This document shows, piece by piece, positions 11,101-19,413 of a stretch of DNA of 64,000 bases (positions are counted from its first letter, which is position 1; every line of letters starts with the position of its first letter). Below the pieces are notes generated by a model, which saw only the letters and a list, made by a program, of their open reading frames with translations, did no database searches and had not been told where the DNA came from. Made by a program: the position numbers and the translations under genes. Origin of the DNA: Akkermansia muciniphila (lineage in GTDB: Bacteria; Verrucomicrobiota; Verrucomicrobiia; Limisphaerales; UBA9464); NCBI GenBank assembly GCA_945883815.1, contig CAMCYJ010000009.1, forward strand, positions 6,821-70,820, read 5' to 3'.

Positions 11101-11698
11101 CCTGAAAGCGGTGGAGCAGGGGGTGGCCTCGCCACGAATTCTCCAGCAGAACGGGACTCGCGAACGCCTGCAGCGAGCCAATCCAGACCGATGGACCCAG
11201 CGAGTCGACAAGCTCACGCGGGGCTTGCCCCAGGCCGACGAGGCCCGCGAAAAGCTCCTGGCCGCCCGCCGCGATGGCTTCGACCGCACCCAAGCCAAGC
11301 CCACGGAGGGGTTGCGAATTTTCCAGCAAAATTGCCAAGCCTGCCATCAGTTGGGAGGCGTCGGCGGGTTGGTGGGGCCTCAGTTGACCGGTATCGGCAA
11401 CCGGGGTGTTGAGCGCTTGTGCGAGGACATCCTCGACCCCAACCGCAATGTGGACCACGCCTTCCGCCAAACCCGCATCACCACCCAGGATGGCGACGAG
11501 TTGGCCGGATTGATGCGCCGCGAGGAAGGCGACTTGCTCGTGCTGGTCGATCCGTCGGGCAAGGAGTTCTCCGTGAAGAAATCCGCCGTGACCGAAAAGC
11601 AAGAAAGCGAGCTGTCCCTGATGCCCGACACCTTCGGCGAGTCCCTCAGCGCGGGCGACTTCCACCACCTCCTGGCCTACCTGCTCTCGCAGCGGTGA
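8102..11698 (+). CDS. PVC-type haem-binding CxxCH protein (membrane-bound dehydrogenase domain + HEAT-like repeats + cytochrome c domain)
   Basis: 1198 aa. Has an N-terminal anchor, the block FRLPPGFDIQLVANEPDIHKPMNLAFDAMGRLWV, a long helical-repeat middle, and a C-terminal QNCQACHQLGGVGG haem c motif. Confidence 0.9.
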   Translation: MRIPSTCLCFIAAAVAGLFFVGDTLLGADVPDLALGVRKTEPVSPADQAKSFRLPPGFDIQLVANEPDIHKPMNLAFDAMGRLWVTTSIEYPWAAPTNRVGRDRVMIFEDFGPDGRARKVTQFADGLNIPIGVYPFRTDDTHWKALVWSIPHIWLLEDTDGDGKADKRTPLYGPFDHTRDTHGNQASFRRGFDGWLYATHGFNNDSHVTARDGSHVDLNSGNTYRIRLDGSRIEHHTHGQVNPFGLAWDARGNLYSSDCHSAPLYQLLAGGWYPSFGKPHDGLGFAPVMLEHAHGSTAIDGAVYYNDNLWPSEYRDTLFIGNVMTSRLNRDTITFNGSTPKATEQPDFLTTTDPWFRPVDATLGPDGALYIADFYNRIIGHYEVPLTHPGRDRERGRLWRVVYKGADGKARLRSPALATDLDGLVGELGSPSLSRRLLAMGEIQDRFGSKALPAVRRAAVKARGQKPGAAQESADRASAVRVSALWLQHRLGGAEAGLKGKEFLADLSDPRDSLIRVHALRLIAERGILAHENDSQARLMAVDAETLAIVRARLGSNDGLEVRCAAEVLGQWPHPENLRPILDALSRTPAADTHGVYVLRKALRDHLQAPGVFAHILSRNDWSQSDQIALADVVLAVPSAEAASYLIGRLDQLDEKSVPTLAEALRHAARYAPESQWPALSGFVRRRFDDQLDFQFALFRSMDQGLQQRGASLTPALKAWGAELASRLLSSGTDSNWIQAPLNPPTESPWDYQERRRADGQPLRVLSSLVRGEQKTGVLRSPEFALGGEIRFWLCGHDGYPDKPAKLVNGVRLKDAVSGVVLLEVRPPRSDTLIPVVWDTRAHPGKRGVIEVTDADTGDAYAWLAIGGVEGAPVLPPASPRAMAERAAGAAELAARLGLKELAPQLEAWVSRSGEPEPRAVAAKALMALDSLRGVAVASAVLVDGNQSQSLRERLGVLLAERNTAESRAAVSAAFKGAAYRVQTQWALALTANREGAETFLKAVEQGVASPRILQQNGTRERLQRANPDRWTQRVDKLTRGLPQADEAREKLLAARRDGFDRTQAKPTEGLRIFQQNCQACHQLGGVGGLVGPQLTGIGNRGVERLCEDILDPNRNVDHAFRQTRITTQDGDELAGLMRREEGDLLVLVDPSGKEFSVKKSAVTEKQESELSLMPDTFGESLSAGDFHHLLAYLLSQR

Positions 11699-11717
11699 GT
11701 CTGACACCCATTCCTCA

Positions 11718-11852
11718 CCCTCACCGGGCATTTCGTGCAGGGCGACTACGTTTGGGTTTGGCGTGGTGGACGCCCGGTAGGGGACCCTGCCAACAGGGTG
11801 ACGTCGTGGGCAGGGTGGGCTGTAGACCCGGTGCCCTCACCGGGCGTTTGTG
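11718..11852. repeat. Imperfect direct repeat (core CCCTCACCGGGC) flanking a GC-rich hairpin-containing spacer; REP-like
   Basis: CCCTCACCGGGCATTTCGTG at 11718-11737 matches CCCTCACCGGGCGTTTGTG at 11834-11852. Internal hairpins are ACCCTGCC/GGCAGGGT and CCCGGTG-CCCT-CACCGGG (11827-11844). Confidence 0.6.
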
Positions 11853-11877
11853 GACTACTTTACGACTGTGCTGTGGA

Positions 11878-12285
11878 TCAGTGTCGCTTCGGCAGGAGGC
11901 GCCTCAGGCGGGTGGTGGTTCCTTCACGATCGATCTCGCTGGCGGCCACGGCCAGCGTGAGTTCTTCCCACGCCGGGCTGTCGGCTGTTGGTTCGAGGCC
12001 GTTCAACCTCAGGAACACGAGGCATGCACCGAGTGCCGCCCGCTTGTTACCGTCGATGAACGGGTGGTTTCTGCACAAATAGAACAGGTAGGCCGCCGCC
12101 ATCTCCACGAGATCCGAATAAGGCGACCTGCCCCCGATGCTTGCCTGAGGGGCGGCAACCGCCGATTCCAGCAAACTTGGTTCGCGCACGCCGGCGGAAC
12201 CGCCGAATTCCTGAATGGCTGCGGCATGGATCTCCCGCACGATTTCCACCGTGAGATGAAACGGGGCTTCCGGCATCGCCTTCAT
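11878..12285 (-). CDS. doc: Type II toxin, death-on-curing (Doc/Fic) family
   Basis: 135 aa. Has the Fic/Doc core motif HPFIDGNKRAA. Its ATG overlaps the antitoxin stop (ATGA at 12282-12285). Confidence 0.92.
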   Translation of the reverse strand: MKAMPEAPFHLTVEIVREIHAAAIQEFGGSAGVREPSLLESAVAAPQASIGGRSPYSDLVEMAAAYLFYLCRNHPFIDGNKRAALGACLVFLRLNGLEPTADSPAWEELTLAVAASEIDREGTTTRLRRLLPKRH

Positions 12286-12509
12286 GCCAGCTTCTTCATC
12301 GTCCGGGCATAGTCCTTCAGGGTCTTCCGGATTACCTCCGACACCTCCTCACGAGAGGGTCTGGGGCGGAGGGGGGTAAGAGTGATCGTGCCGCCCTCGT
12401 GGACCTCCACATTCACTTGATCGCCCGCCTGCAAATGCGCCAAGTCCATCAACGCGGCATCGAAGATCAATCCCTGCGAATTCCCGATCTTGGAGATCGT
12501 TTTGACCAT
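12282..12509 (-). CDS. AbrB/MazE/SpoVT-family antitoxin
   Basis: 75 aa. Has the swapped-hairpin N-terminus KIGNSQGLIFDAALMDLAHLQAGDQV and lies directly upstream of doc. Confidence 0.9.
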   Translation of the reverse strand: MVKTISKIGNSQGLIFDAALMDLAHLQAGDQVNVEVHEGGTITLTPLRPRPSREEVSEVIRKTLKDYARTMKKLA

Positions 12510-12512
12510 TTT

Positions 12513-12544
12513 GTAAAACTATGTTTTACCGAGAATCCTGTCAA
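12513..12544 (-). promoter_or_regulatory. Near-consensus sigma70-type promoter with overlapping perfect palindrome; predicts a leaderless antitoxin mRNA
   Basis: On the minus strand: TTGACA (12544-12539), 17 nt, TAGTTT (12521-12516), 6 nt, ATG (12509). The palindrome GTAAAAC-TAT-GTTTTAC (12513-12529) overlaps the spacer and -10. Confidence 0.5.
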
Positions 12545-12784
12545 TTCGTGGTGAGTTCGTTGGCAGGGGAACGTATCCATCTCGCAGTTTCCAGGAGATC
12601 GCAGAGGCTGAAGGTTCGGACGGAACGAGTCTGCTGCCTCGGTGCGTTGCTCGCTTCTCTCTGCGCAAGAGCGTGGTTCGCTGGTCGATGGGCGGCAATC
12701 GGCTCGCTTCTCGCTCTTCCCGCGCCGCGCCGTCCGAAAGATTCCGCCATACCATCGGTTTCCTCCCAACCGGTTCGCTCCGAT

Positions 12785-13720
12785 TCAGGGAGCGGACAAC
12801 AGGGGTTGATCGCCGAATAGGTGACGGTAATTCCACAGGGCAGAGTCCGGGCTGAGGCGGGAACCTGTATCGATGACAGCAGGGGATTCGCCGTAGTTGA
12901 GTGGCGGATTCGGGATTTGGAATTCGACAGGTTGGTTGTACATGACCGTGCCGGCCGGGTCTGAGAAGCTCAGCCAGTGTCGGATAGAACCATCCGTTTG
13001 GCGGTCGGCTTGGTAGGCGATGATGACCTCACGGTCCCCGATGGGAGAGGTGAGGGGTGAAATCTGCTTATCCAGCGGATCGGCGAGAAGACGGGCACGG
13101 GTGAGACCGAGATCGTGCTCGATCCGAGCATCGAGTCGGGACCGAAGCCCGGCAATTTCCTGAGTGAGGTCATGCATGTGGAACCGGACACTCCGCCCGA
13201 CCGAATTTGCGACCACAGGGCCATCCGGGAGGCGTTCAGCCGATCGAATCTGAAGTTCCTGGAGATCGGATCGGAAATCGGTCCAAGCCTGCCAAAGCAT
13301 TTCACGTTCGTGCGGCGTGAGGCCGAACAGGATTTTCGTTTCCTCGGTGGGTTTTCCGTCCGTTGTGAACATCGAGTAGCTGATCTGATCGAGGAGGCGT
13401 TTGGGTAGGTGAAAGTACGGTCGATCGACAGGCCAGCGGCCCTCGGTTTCCGGGTCAGGTACGGGCGCCGTGCGAACAATCGCGTCGCTGATGGCGCGAA
13501 GTTCGGCGTTGATTTGATCGAGCTCGGACCGGTGATCGGAACTGCGTCGGCTGGATTCGGAGGTGCGCGCATCGTGTTCAGCGATGGTATTTTGAAGGGT
13601 GTGCTCCTCTGTACGAAGCTTCAGCAATTCCTTTTGATCGCTCCGATGGTTCATGCCCTGACGAAGTCCGACCGCAGCAATGAAGGTGATGATCAGGCAG
13701 GCGATGTTCAGTGAGTTCAT
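12785..13720 (-). CDS. Membrane-anchored coiled-coil protein, paralogue of the C-terminal half of the upstream sigma fusion (hypothetical)
   Basis: 311 aa from the ATG at 13720 (ORF extends to 13996). Has an N-terminal TM helix (MNSLNIACLIITFIAAVGL), a coiled coil and a ~230-aa domain. Its ATG overlaps the upstream stop (ATGA at 13717-13720). Confidence 0.6.
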   Translation of the reverse strand: MNSLNIACLIITFIAAVGLRQGMNHRSDQKELLKLRTEEHTLQNTIAEHDARTSESSRRSSDHRSELDQINAELRAISDAIVRTAPVPDPETEGRWPVDRPYFHLPKRLLDQISYSMFTTDGKPTEETKILFGLTPHEREMLWQAWTDFRSDLQELQIRSAERLPDGPVVANSVGRSVRFHMHDLTQEIAGLRSRLDARIEHDLGLTRARLLADPLDKQISPLTSPIGDREVIIAYQADRQTDGSIRHWLSFSDPAGTVMYNQPVEFQIPNPPLNYGESPAVIDTGSRLSPDSALWNYRHLFGDQPLLSAP

Positions 13721-15387
13721 GGACGCGGCATCGGGGTTGAATTCGGAGAAGAGGAGGGTGTCGAAGCCGGATGACGTGCAATCCAGTCGGCGACCAGTGG
13801 ACGTAGACGTTCTGGAAAGATATCGAGGCTCAATTTGCCGCCGAAGTTGCTCCAGGCGGAAAAGTTTCCATCGGCCTCTCGGTTGGCGTCCCAGAATTGC
13901 ATATTGTCGGGGGCATGGATCGCTACGGTCTGGATGCGCTCCGTTGCCCCAAAGGAATTGAACTCCTTTGCGAAGACAGATTGTGCCTTTTGCCACAGGA
14001 CGGCCGATCGTTCGTGGCCGAGAATGCCATCGAGTTGGGTACGAAACGCTTCCTGGAAGCTGTCGGCACCGCTGGGAAGCGCCGGAGTGACCAGGGTGAA
14101 CGCCACTCCGCCATAGGTCCGGAACTCAGCGGGAGGCTGGTTGGTGAGGTAGGCGTGAGAAGTCGCTTTCTGCAGCAGAGTTTGGCTGAGGGACGAAAAC
14201 GCATCGTGGATGGACGTGGATTCCGTGGGGATGATGCCTAGGGATTCTTCCAGTGCCTCCGAGAGTTCTCCGTCCGCCGATACGGCATCGAGACGTTGCT
14301 TGATCGATCGATTGTCGGCCACGGGAAGGCGGATGACAGATCCAAGGTCGATGTGGCTCGCCATAGCCTTAGGGATTCGGACAAAGGGCGACGATTCAGA
14401 CCAGAGATAGAGCGAGGCATCGGTCTTGGTCTGCATGTTCTTCAGTTGGTCTACGGCAATGCGCAGTTCAGAGCGGGCGCTGGTCACGGCCGCCAGTGAA
14501 GCGTTGGCCCGCCGCTGGGCGGAGGCTGCCCGCGCTTGCGCTTCGGTCAGGGCAACGGCTGCGTTGGACGCTTGGATGCGGGCGGAGAGCAGTTCGTCAC
14601 GAGTCCTATCGGCCAGTTGCCACTGGTAGCCCACCGGTGCGGCGGCCAGGAGAATGCAAAGGGTGGCGGTCTGTGTTTTGGAGAGAGCCATAATCTTGGC
14701 TACCAGCATCCCGACGGCCGCCACGGAGGGCGCACTCGCCAGGGCGGCGGCGGTGATTGCGGATGCTGGTGGCACAGGTGCCGAGAGCACGGCAGCGGCT
14801 TCTAGAGTGCGTGCAGCCATCGCCGCTGTGATCGTGGTGGCGCCGTGTCGGTGCAGAATTTCGGAAAGGGCTTCGGTGGCGCGACGGGTGCGTTTCTGGG
14901 CGGCATCTTCTCCGATTCCCATGGCTTTGCCGACTTCGCGTAGAGAGCGACCTTCGAGATATCGGAGGAGCAGCACCCGCCGGTCCTTCTCTGGAAGTTC
15001 GAGGAGAGCCTGATCCAGGGTGTCGAGCGGTAGAGAATCGGCGGGATCCTGGATGGGCATGGTGGTGGCGAGTCGGGCGGCGAGATCTTCGCGGTTCCGG
15101 CGACGCAGGTCGGTTCGTTGGCGGAGCCGGGCTTCGAGGACTGCGGCCCGGTGGAGCCAACCAGCGAGGCCTCCATCTGGACGGATCAAGGCTGCTTTGC
15201 GGGCCAAGGTAATGAAGACATTCTGAGCCACTTCTTCGGCGGAGGTACGCTCACCGAGGAGGCGAAAAGCCGTTCCGAAGACCAGACCCAAGTGACGTTG
15301 CACCAGGTGACCAAACGCGGCCTCATCACGCCGCATCAGGTAGGCTTGAAGCAGCTTTTCGTCAGCAGGTGGCTCGTCTTGGATCAT
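13717..15387 (-). CDS. ECF-type sigma-70 family factor fused to hydrophobic segments, a coiled coil and a C-terminal extracytoplasmic domain
   Basis: 556 aa from the ATG at 15387 (ORF extends to 15708). Region 2 is HLGLVFGTAFRLLGERTSAEEVAQNVFITLARK. The region 4 HTH is LPEKDRRVLLLRYLEGRSLREVGKAMGIGEDAAQKRTRRA. Ala-rich hydrophobic stretches follow. Confidence 0.8.
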   Translation of the reverse strand: MIQDEPPADEKLLQAYLMRRDEAAFGHLVQRHLGLVFGTAFRLLGERTSAEEVAQNVFITLARKAALIRPDGGLAGWLHRAAVLEARLRQRTDLRRRNREDLAARLATTMPIQDPADSLPLDTLDQALLELPEKDRRVLLLRYLEGRSLREVGKAMGIGEDAAQKRTRRATEALSEILHRHGATTITAAMAARTLEAAAVLSAPVPPASAITAAALASAPSVAAVGMLVAKIMALSKTQTATLCILLAAAPVGYQWQLADRTRDELLSARIQASNAAVALTEAQARAASAQRRANASLAAVTSARSELRIAVDQLKNMQTKTDASLYLWSESSPFVRIPKAMASHIDLGSVIRLPVADNRSIKQRLDAVSADGELSEALEESLGIIPTESTSIHDAFSSLSQTLLQKATSHAYLTNQPPAEFRTYGGVAFTLVTPALPSGADSFQEAFRTQLDGILGHERSAVLWQKAQSVFAKEFNSFGATERIQTVAIHAPDNMQFWDANREADGNFSAWSNFGGKLSLDIFPERLRPLVADWIARHPASTPSSSPNSTPMPRP

Positions 15388-15649
15388 TGCAGTTCCGGTT
15401 CGAAGGACTCTTATCTGGAAACCTGCCGGTGGGTTGGCGAATCCGACAGGAATCTTTGCCAATCCATACGGAGTTCCTCTCTGCGAGGGAGGCGGGACCT
15501 GTCTTGATCGGCGCCTGCCTCTGGATTCATCGGAGGGTGCGTCGGAGAGTTGTCCTTGATCCGGGTTCCGGGTCCTACTTGTCTTGTCCCATCGACGAAC
15601 GAGGACACAGCAACGGATCTGCGGCAGGACGCTCTCCTTTCCCAAACCC

Positions 15650-16150
15650 ATGACCGAAATCCATATTCGACGGGCCGTCCGGGCTGACTGCTCCGGCATC
15701 TTGGACATTTACAACGATGCCGTGCTCAAGACCACGGCGACCTACGATTATGAGCCGCGGCCGTTGGAACACCGGTTGGCTTGGTTCGAGGACCACCAGC
15801 GCACCGGGCACGCCATCTTCGTGGCCGAGGCGGGCGACGGGCGCATCGTCGGATGGAGCGCTCTGAATCGGTACCACGACCGGATGGGCTTTCGGTTCAC
15901 GGCCGAAAATTCCATTTACGTGGCCGAAGGATCTCGGGGGCAGGGGCTTGGGGCCCGCCTGCTGGAACCGTTGATTCCCGCAGCGGCGGAGATTGGCATC
16001 CGGGCGATCCTGGCGGCGATCGATGCGCAGAATACCGCGAGCATCCAACTCCATGCGCGGTTCGGGTTTGAGCAAGTCGGCCTCTTCAAGCGGGTGGGGT
16101 TCAAGTTCGACCGCTGGCTCGACGTCGCCTACATGGAGCGGTGGGTCTGA
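15650..16150 (+). CDS. GNAT N-acetyltransferase (phosphinothricin acetyltransferase-like)
   Basis: 166 aa from the ATG at 15650. Shows ILDIYNDAVLKTTATYDYEP...WFEDH and the acetyl-CoA motif GSRGQGLGARLL. Confidence 0.9.
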   Translation: MTEIHIRRAVRADCSGILDIYNDAVLKTTATYDYEPRPLEHRLAWFEDHQRTGHAIFVAEAGDGRIVGWSALNRYHDRMGFRFTAENSIYVAEGSRGQGLGARLLEPLIPAAAEIGIRAILAAIDAQNTASIQLHARFGFEQVGLFKRVGFKFDRWLDVAYMERWV

Positions 16151-16226
16151 TCGGTCCGTGCCGCGGTCTTGGAACTGCGGTTCTGCGAGATCGCTTTTTC
16201 AGGGCGACCGGTTATTGTTCGTCCCA

Positions 16227-17207
16227 ATGGGCAAACCGATCCGCATTTCTTACGCGTTCATGGCTGTGTTGCTGATCTTGGTAGGGGTTCTCCATTTGGC
16301 GACCCCGCTGATCACCGCCTTGTTCGCCTATTTCGCTCTGAGCCTTCTGTCGCTGAATCGGAGTCGCTGGTTGGGCCTGACCTTGTTTCTGCTCCTCTTG
16401 GTTGCACTTGGAGTCGGCTTCTACAGTTTCTTCAAACACGCCTATGTTGTCTTGCCGCAGATCGCCGAAAAAACGATCCCAGCGGTCGTGGAGTTTACAC
16501 AGAAGATCGGCTTGGAACTGCCGTTCACCGATCTGGCCAGTCTGAAGGTCACCGCTTTGGATGTGGTAAAGGCCAAGTTGGCCAACTTGGGACAGTACGC
16601 CCGGATTCTGGCCGTTGAGACGGTGTCGCTGCTGATCGGCCTGGTGGTTTCCATCAGTCTCTTCCTGAGTCTCAAACTCGATTTCGGGGCTGAACCCGAG
16701 GCTGGAGACGACAATTTGTACACGGCGGTCGGGCGCGAGATCGCAGAGCGTTTTCGAGGGCTGTACGATAGCTTCTCGAAGGTGATGGGTGCGCAAATGC
16801 TCATCTCGGCCATCAACACGTTCTTTACGGCCGGGTTCTTGATCTGGAACGACTACCCCTTCGTCACCGTGGTCATTGGCCTGACCTTCCTTTTCGGCAT
16901 GTTGCCCATCTTGGGCAACCTTTTGAGCAATACCCTCATTGTGGGCATTGGCCTGACCATCAGCCCCAACATGGCCCTGGCGGCGCTGGTGTTTCTGGTG
17001 GTCCTCCACAAGGGTGAATACTTCCTGAATTCCAAGATCATCGGTGACCGGATCCGCAATCCGATGTGGTTGACACTCCTAGGCCTGGTCATCGGTGAAA
17101 AGCTCATGGGAATCCCCGGAATGATTCTAGCTCCAGTGATTCTCCACTTCGTGAAGGTGGAAGTCTCCCGCAACAAGTTCACGCCCCAGACACCTCCTGC
17201 ATTCTGA
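16227..17207 (+). CDS. AI-2E family transporter (PerM-like permease)
   Basis: 326 aa from the ATG at 16227. Polytopic membrane protein with the family-typical C-terminal block GLVIGEKLMGIPGMILAPVILHF. Confidence 0.85.
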   Translation: MGKPIRISYAFMAVLLILVGVLHLATPLITALFAYFALSLLSLNRSRWLGLTLFLLLLVALGVGFYSFFKHAYVVLPQIAEKTIPAVVEFTQKIGLELPFTDLASLKVTALDVVKAKLANLGQYARILAVETVSLLIGLVVSISLFLSLKLDFGAEPEAGDDNLYTAVGREIAERFRGLYDSFSKVMGAQMLISAINTFFTAGFLIWNDYPFVTVVIGLTFLFGMLPILGNLLSNTLIVGIGLTISPNMALAALVFLVVLHKGEYFLNSKIIGDRIRNPMWLTLLGLVIGEKLMGIPGMILAPVILHFVKVEVSRNKFTPQTPPAF

Positions 17208-17262
17208 GCGGTGGGCGCCGATGCGTCGGTCGGCAAGTGGGGGCCAGTCTCGCCGGCTCGAT

Positions 17263-18057
17263 TCAGTTGATTTTGCGCAGAACCTGATCGGCTCCGAGTT
17301 GCACCACGTGGGGATTGCGATCCTCCTCGAAGCAAACCGGAATATCGCCGGCCAACTCCGGTTGGGCCAGCAGTCGGCGTCCGTTGCGGGCGCTTTGGGC
17401 AGCCTCGGACAAACGGTGCTGGTGGCTTCGGTATAAGTCCCAGGCGATTTGCGCCGAGTCATCGAGGGGCCAAGGCGGCCGTCCGCCGGATTCCTTGATC
17501 AGACGGTCCACGAGAGCGCCCGCTCCCAGCGTGTCTTCGAAGGAGGCGTTCTCCAAGGTGCCCGCACACACCAGACACACGGAAGCGGCCCCGGTGGACA
17601 GGAGGTGCTGAGCCAATGCCGTGAGATTGCCGAAGGAGGCAATGTGGACGAACTCGGCCTTTCGGCACGCTTCGAGGGCGCGCGTGCCGTTGGTGGTGGT
17701 CATGATGATTTCACGGCCTTCCACGCGGTCCCGGGTGAATTCTCGCGGTGAATTTCCCAGATCGAAATCGACGCCACCCGTTAAATGGGCCCGGATGCGC
17801 AATCCGTCCCGCTCGCCGGCCAGCAACGCCTCCGGATGACCTGTCCGCAGCGCCAGCGCCTCGGCGATCTCCCGGGCTGGCAAGATGCCGGTGGCCCCGT
17901 TGCCCAAGGCTTCGAGCATGGTTGAGGTGGCCCGCAAGACGTCGAAGACGACACACGTGACGCCCAGGAGGCCCTTGGCGTCCATGGCTTCGTATTCGGC
18001 CGGGGAAAACAGCACCCGCAGTGACGGGGCGGTTGGGGGGATGGCGGCCATGCTCAC
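17263..18057 (-). CDS. 2-phosphosulfolactate phosphatase (ComB) family protein
   Basis: 264 aa. Has the motifs VVFDVLRATST and IIMTTTNGTRAL. Its start overlaps the upstream stop by 4 nt. Confidence 0.85.
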   Translation of the reverse strand: MSMAAIPPTAPSLRVLFSPAEYEAMDAKGLLGVTCVVFDVLRATSTMLEALGNGATGILPAREIAEALALRTGHPEALLAGERDGLRIRAHLTGGVDFDLGNSPREFTRDRVEGREIIMTTTNGTRALEACRKAEFVHIASFGNLTALAQHLLSTGAASVCLVCAGTLENASFEDTLGAGALVDRLIKESGGRPPWPLDDSAQIAWDLYRSHQHRLSEAAQSARNGRRLLAQPELAGDIPVCFEEDRNPHVVQLGADQVLRKIN

Positions 18058-19358
18058 GGTTGGCCGAAGCAGTGGAGGGCCTTGGCGGTGCGCACGAAGA
18101 GGTTTCCGTGACTCAAGGCGATGCTGCCCTTGCTCGGGCCCTCACCCACGAAGGCATAGGTGGAGAGCACTTCGAAGGTGTTTCCGGCGCTCAAGACAAA
18201 CACGGTGCCGTTCTCGTCGTGGCAATAGAGCTTGCCGTCGGCCCCCGACAAGGAACCCCAGATGGGGCCGTTGCCCGGGATCTTGCCCGACCAGAGTTTC
18301 TCACCATTGGAGGGATTCAGTTTGCTGACGATGCGTTTCTGCCCGTCGAGGACGAAGAGTTGACCCTCGAGCACGCACGGTGTGCTCCAGTCGGTCGGGG
18401 CTTCCTTGAACTCCCAGGCGCGATGGGTGGTGGTCACATCTCCCTGGCCGCCCGGTTTGAACGCCACCACGGGCTGGCCCTTCGGACCCGAAGCGAGGAT
18501 GTATCCGCCGGCGATCACCGGGGAGGTCACGATGCGATACCAGTCGTCCCGCTTTTCGTAGAGTCGGGCCCGCCAAATCTCGGAACCATCCTTGGGCCGG
18601 TGTCCGCTGACATGGTCTCCGCCGACGATAATGAGCTCCATTCCGTTCGGACCTTTGAAGGGCACCGGCGTGGCGTACGATTCGCTGCTCTCCTTGGTGG
18701 AATCGGTGGAGCGGAGGGATTTCCAGAGGTCCTTGCCGGTCTTGGGATCGATGCACAGCAGGAAGGAATCCCGGTTGGGCTTACCGTCGAATCGCGGATA
18801 GTCCGGGGGCACTTCCTTGCGCTGGAGGATCGCCAAGTAGAGGCGGCCATCATGCAACAGCGGGCTGGCCCCGTAGATCCACATGAGCCCCAGGCTTCCG
18901 AAGTCTTTGCTGAGGTTGCGCGACCAGAGGGGCTTTCCATCGAGATCGAAGGCCGCGAAGTCGCCCGTGCCGAAGAGTGCGTAAACCCGTTTGCCATCGG
19001 TAATGGGTGATGGGGCGCAGGTGTTGTTGCGGCCGACATCCTTGTCACCCACACCGACAGTTCGGCTCCAGAGAACTTGGCCGGAGGATCGATCCAGACA
19101 CAGGAGTTGCAGGTTCTTCTGGTCGTCAGGCGAGGTGAGGAAAACCCGGTTGCCGCTGATCACGGGAGTGGAACCGGCTTTCCCGGGCAAGGGCGTGCTC
19201 CAGCGCTTATTGGCCGGGCTCAGCGTGCTCGGCAGGCCGTTCATGCGGATCGAGCCATCCTGGTTGGGGCCTCGCCACTGCGGCCAATCCGCCGTCGACG
19301 CCGCCGACAGGCACAGGGTGAGCGTGGAAGAGAGGGCGAGAAGAGAACGGAAGTTCAT
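18054..19358 (-). CDS. Secreted PQQ-like (BamB-like) beta-propeller repeat protein
   Basis: 434 aa. A signal peptide is followed by ADWPQWRGPNQDGS and repeated propeller blades. Confidence 0.85.
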   Translation of the reverse strand: MNFRSLLALSSTLTLCLSAASTADWPQWRGPNQDGSIRMNGLPSTLSPANKRWSTPLPGKAGSTPVISGNRVFLTSPDDQKNLQLLCLDRSSGQVLWSRTVGVGDKDVGRNNTCAPSPITDGKRVYALFGTGDFAAFDLDGKPLWSRNLSKDFGSLGLMWIYGASPLLHDGRLYLAILQRKEVPPDYPRFDGKPNRDSFLLCIDPKTGKDLWKSLRSTDSTKESSESYATPVPFKGPNGMELIIVGGDHVSGHRPKDGSEIWRARLYEKRDDWYRIVTSPVIAGGYILASGPKGQPVVAFKPGGQGDVTTTHRAWEFKEAPTDWSTPCVLEGQLFVLDGQKRIVSKLNPSNGEKLWSGKIPGNGPIWGSLSGADGKLYCHDENGTVFVLSAGNTFEVLSTYAFVGEGPSKGSIALSHGNLFVRTAKALHCFGQP

Positions 19359-19413
19359 GGCTTCAACGAGTTGCTGGTGGGGATCAACGGTTTCAGGATC
19401 GCGGATGGCTGGC

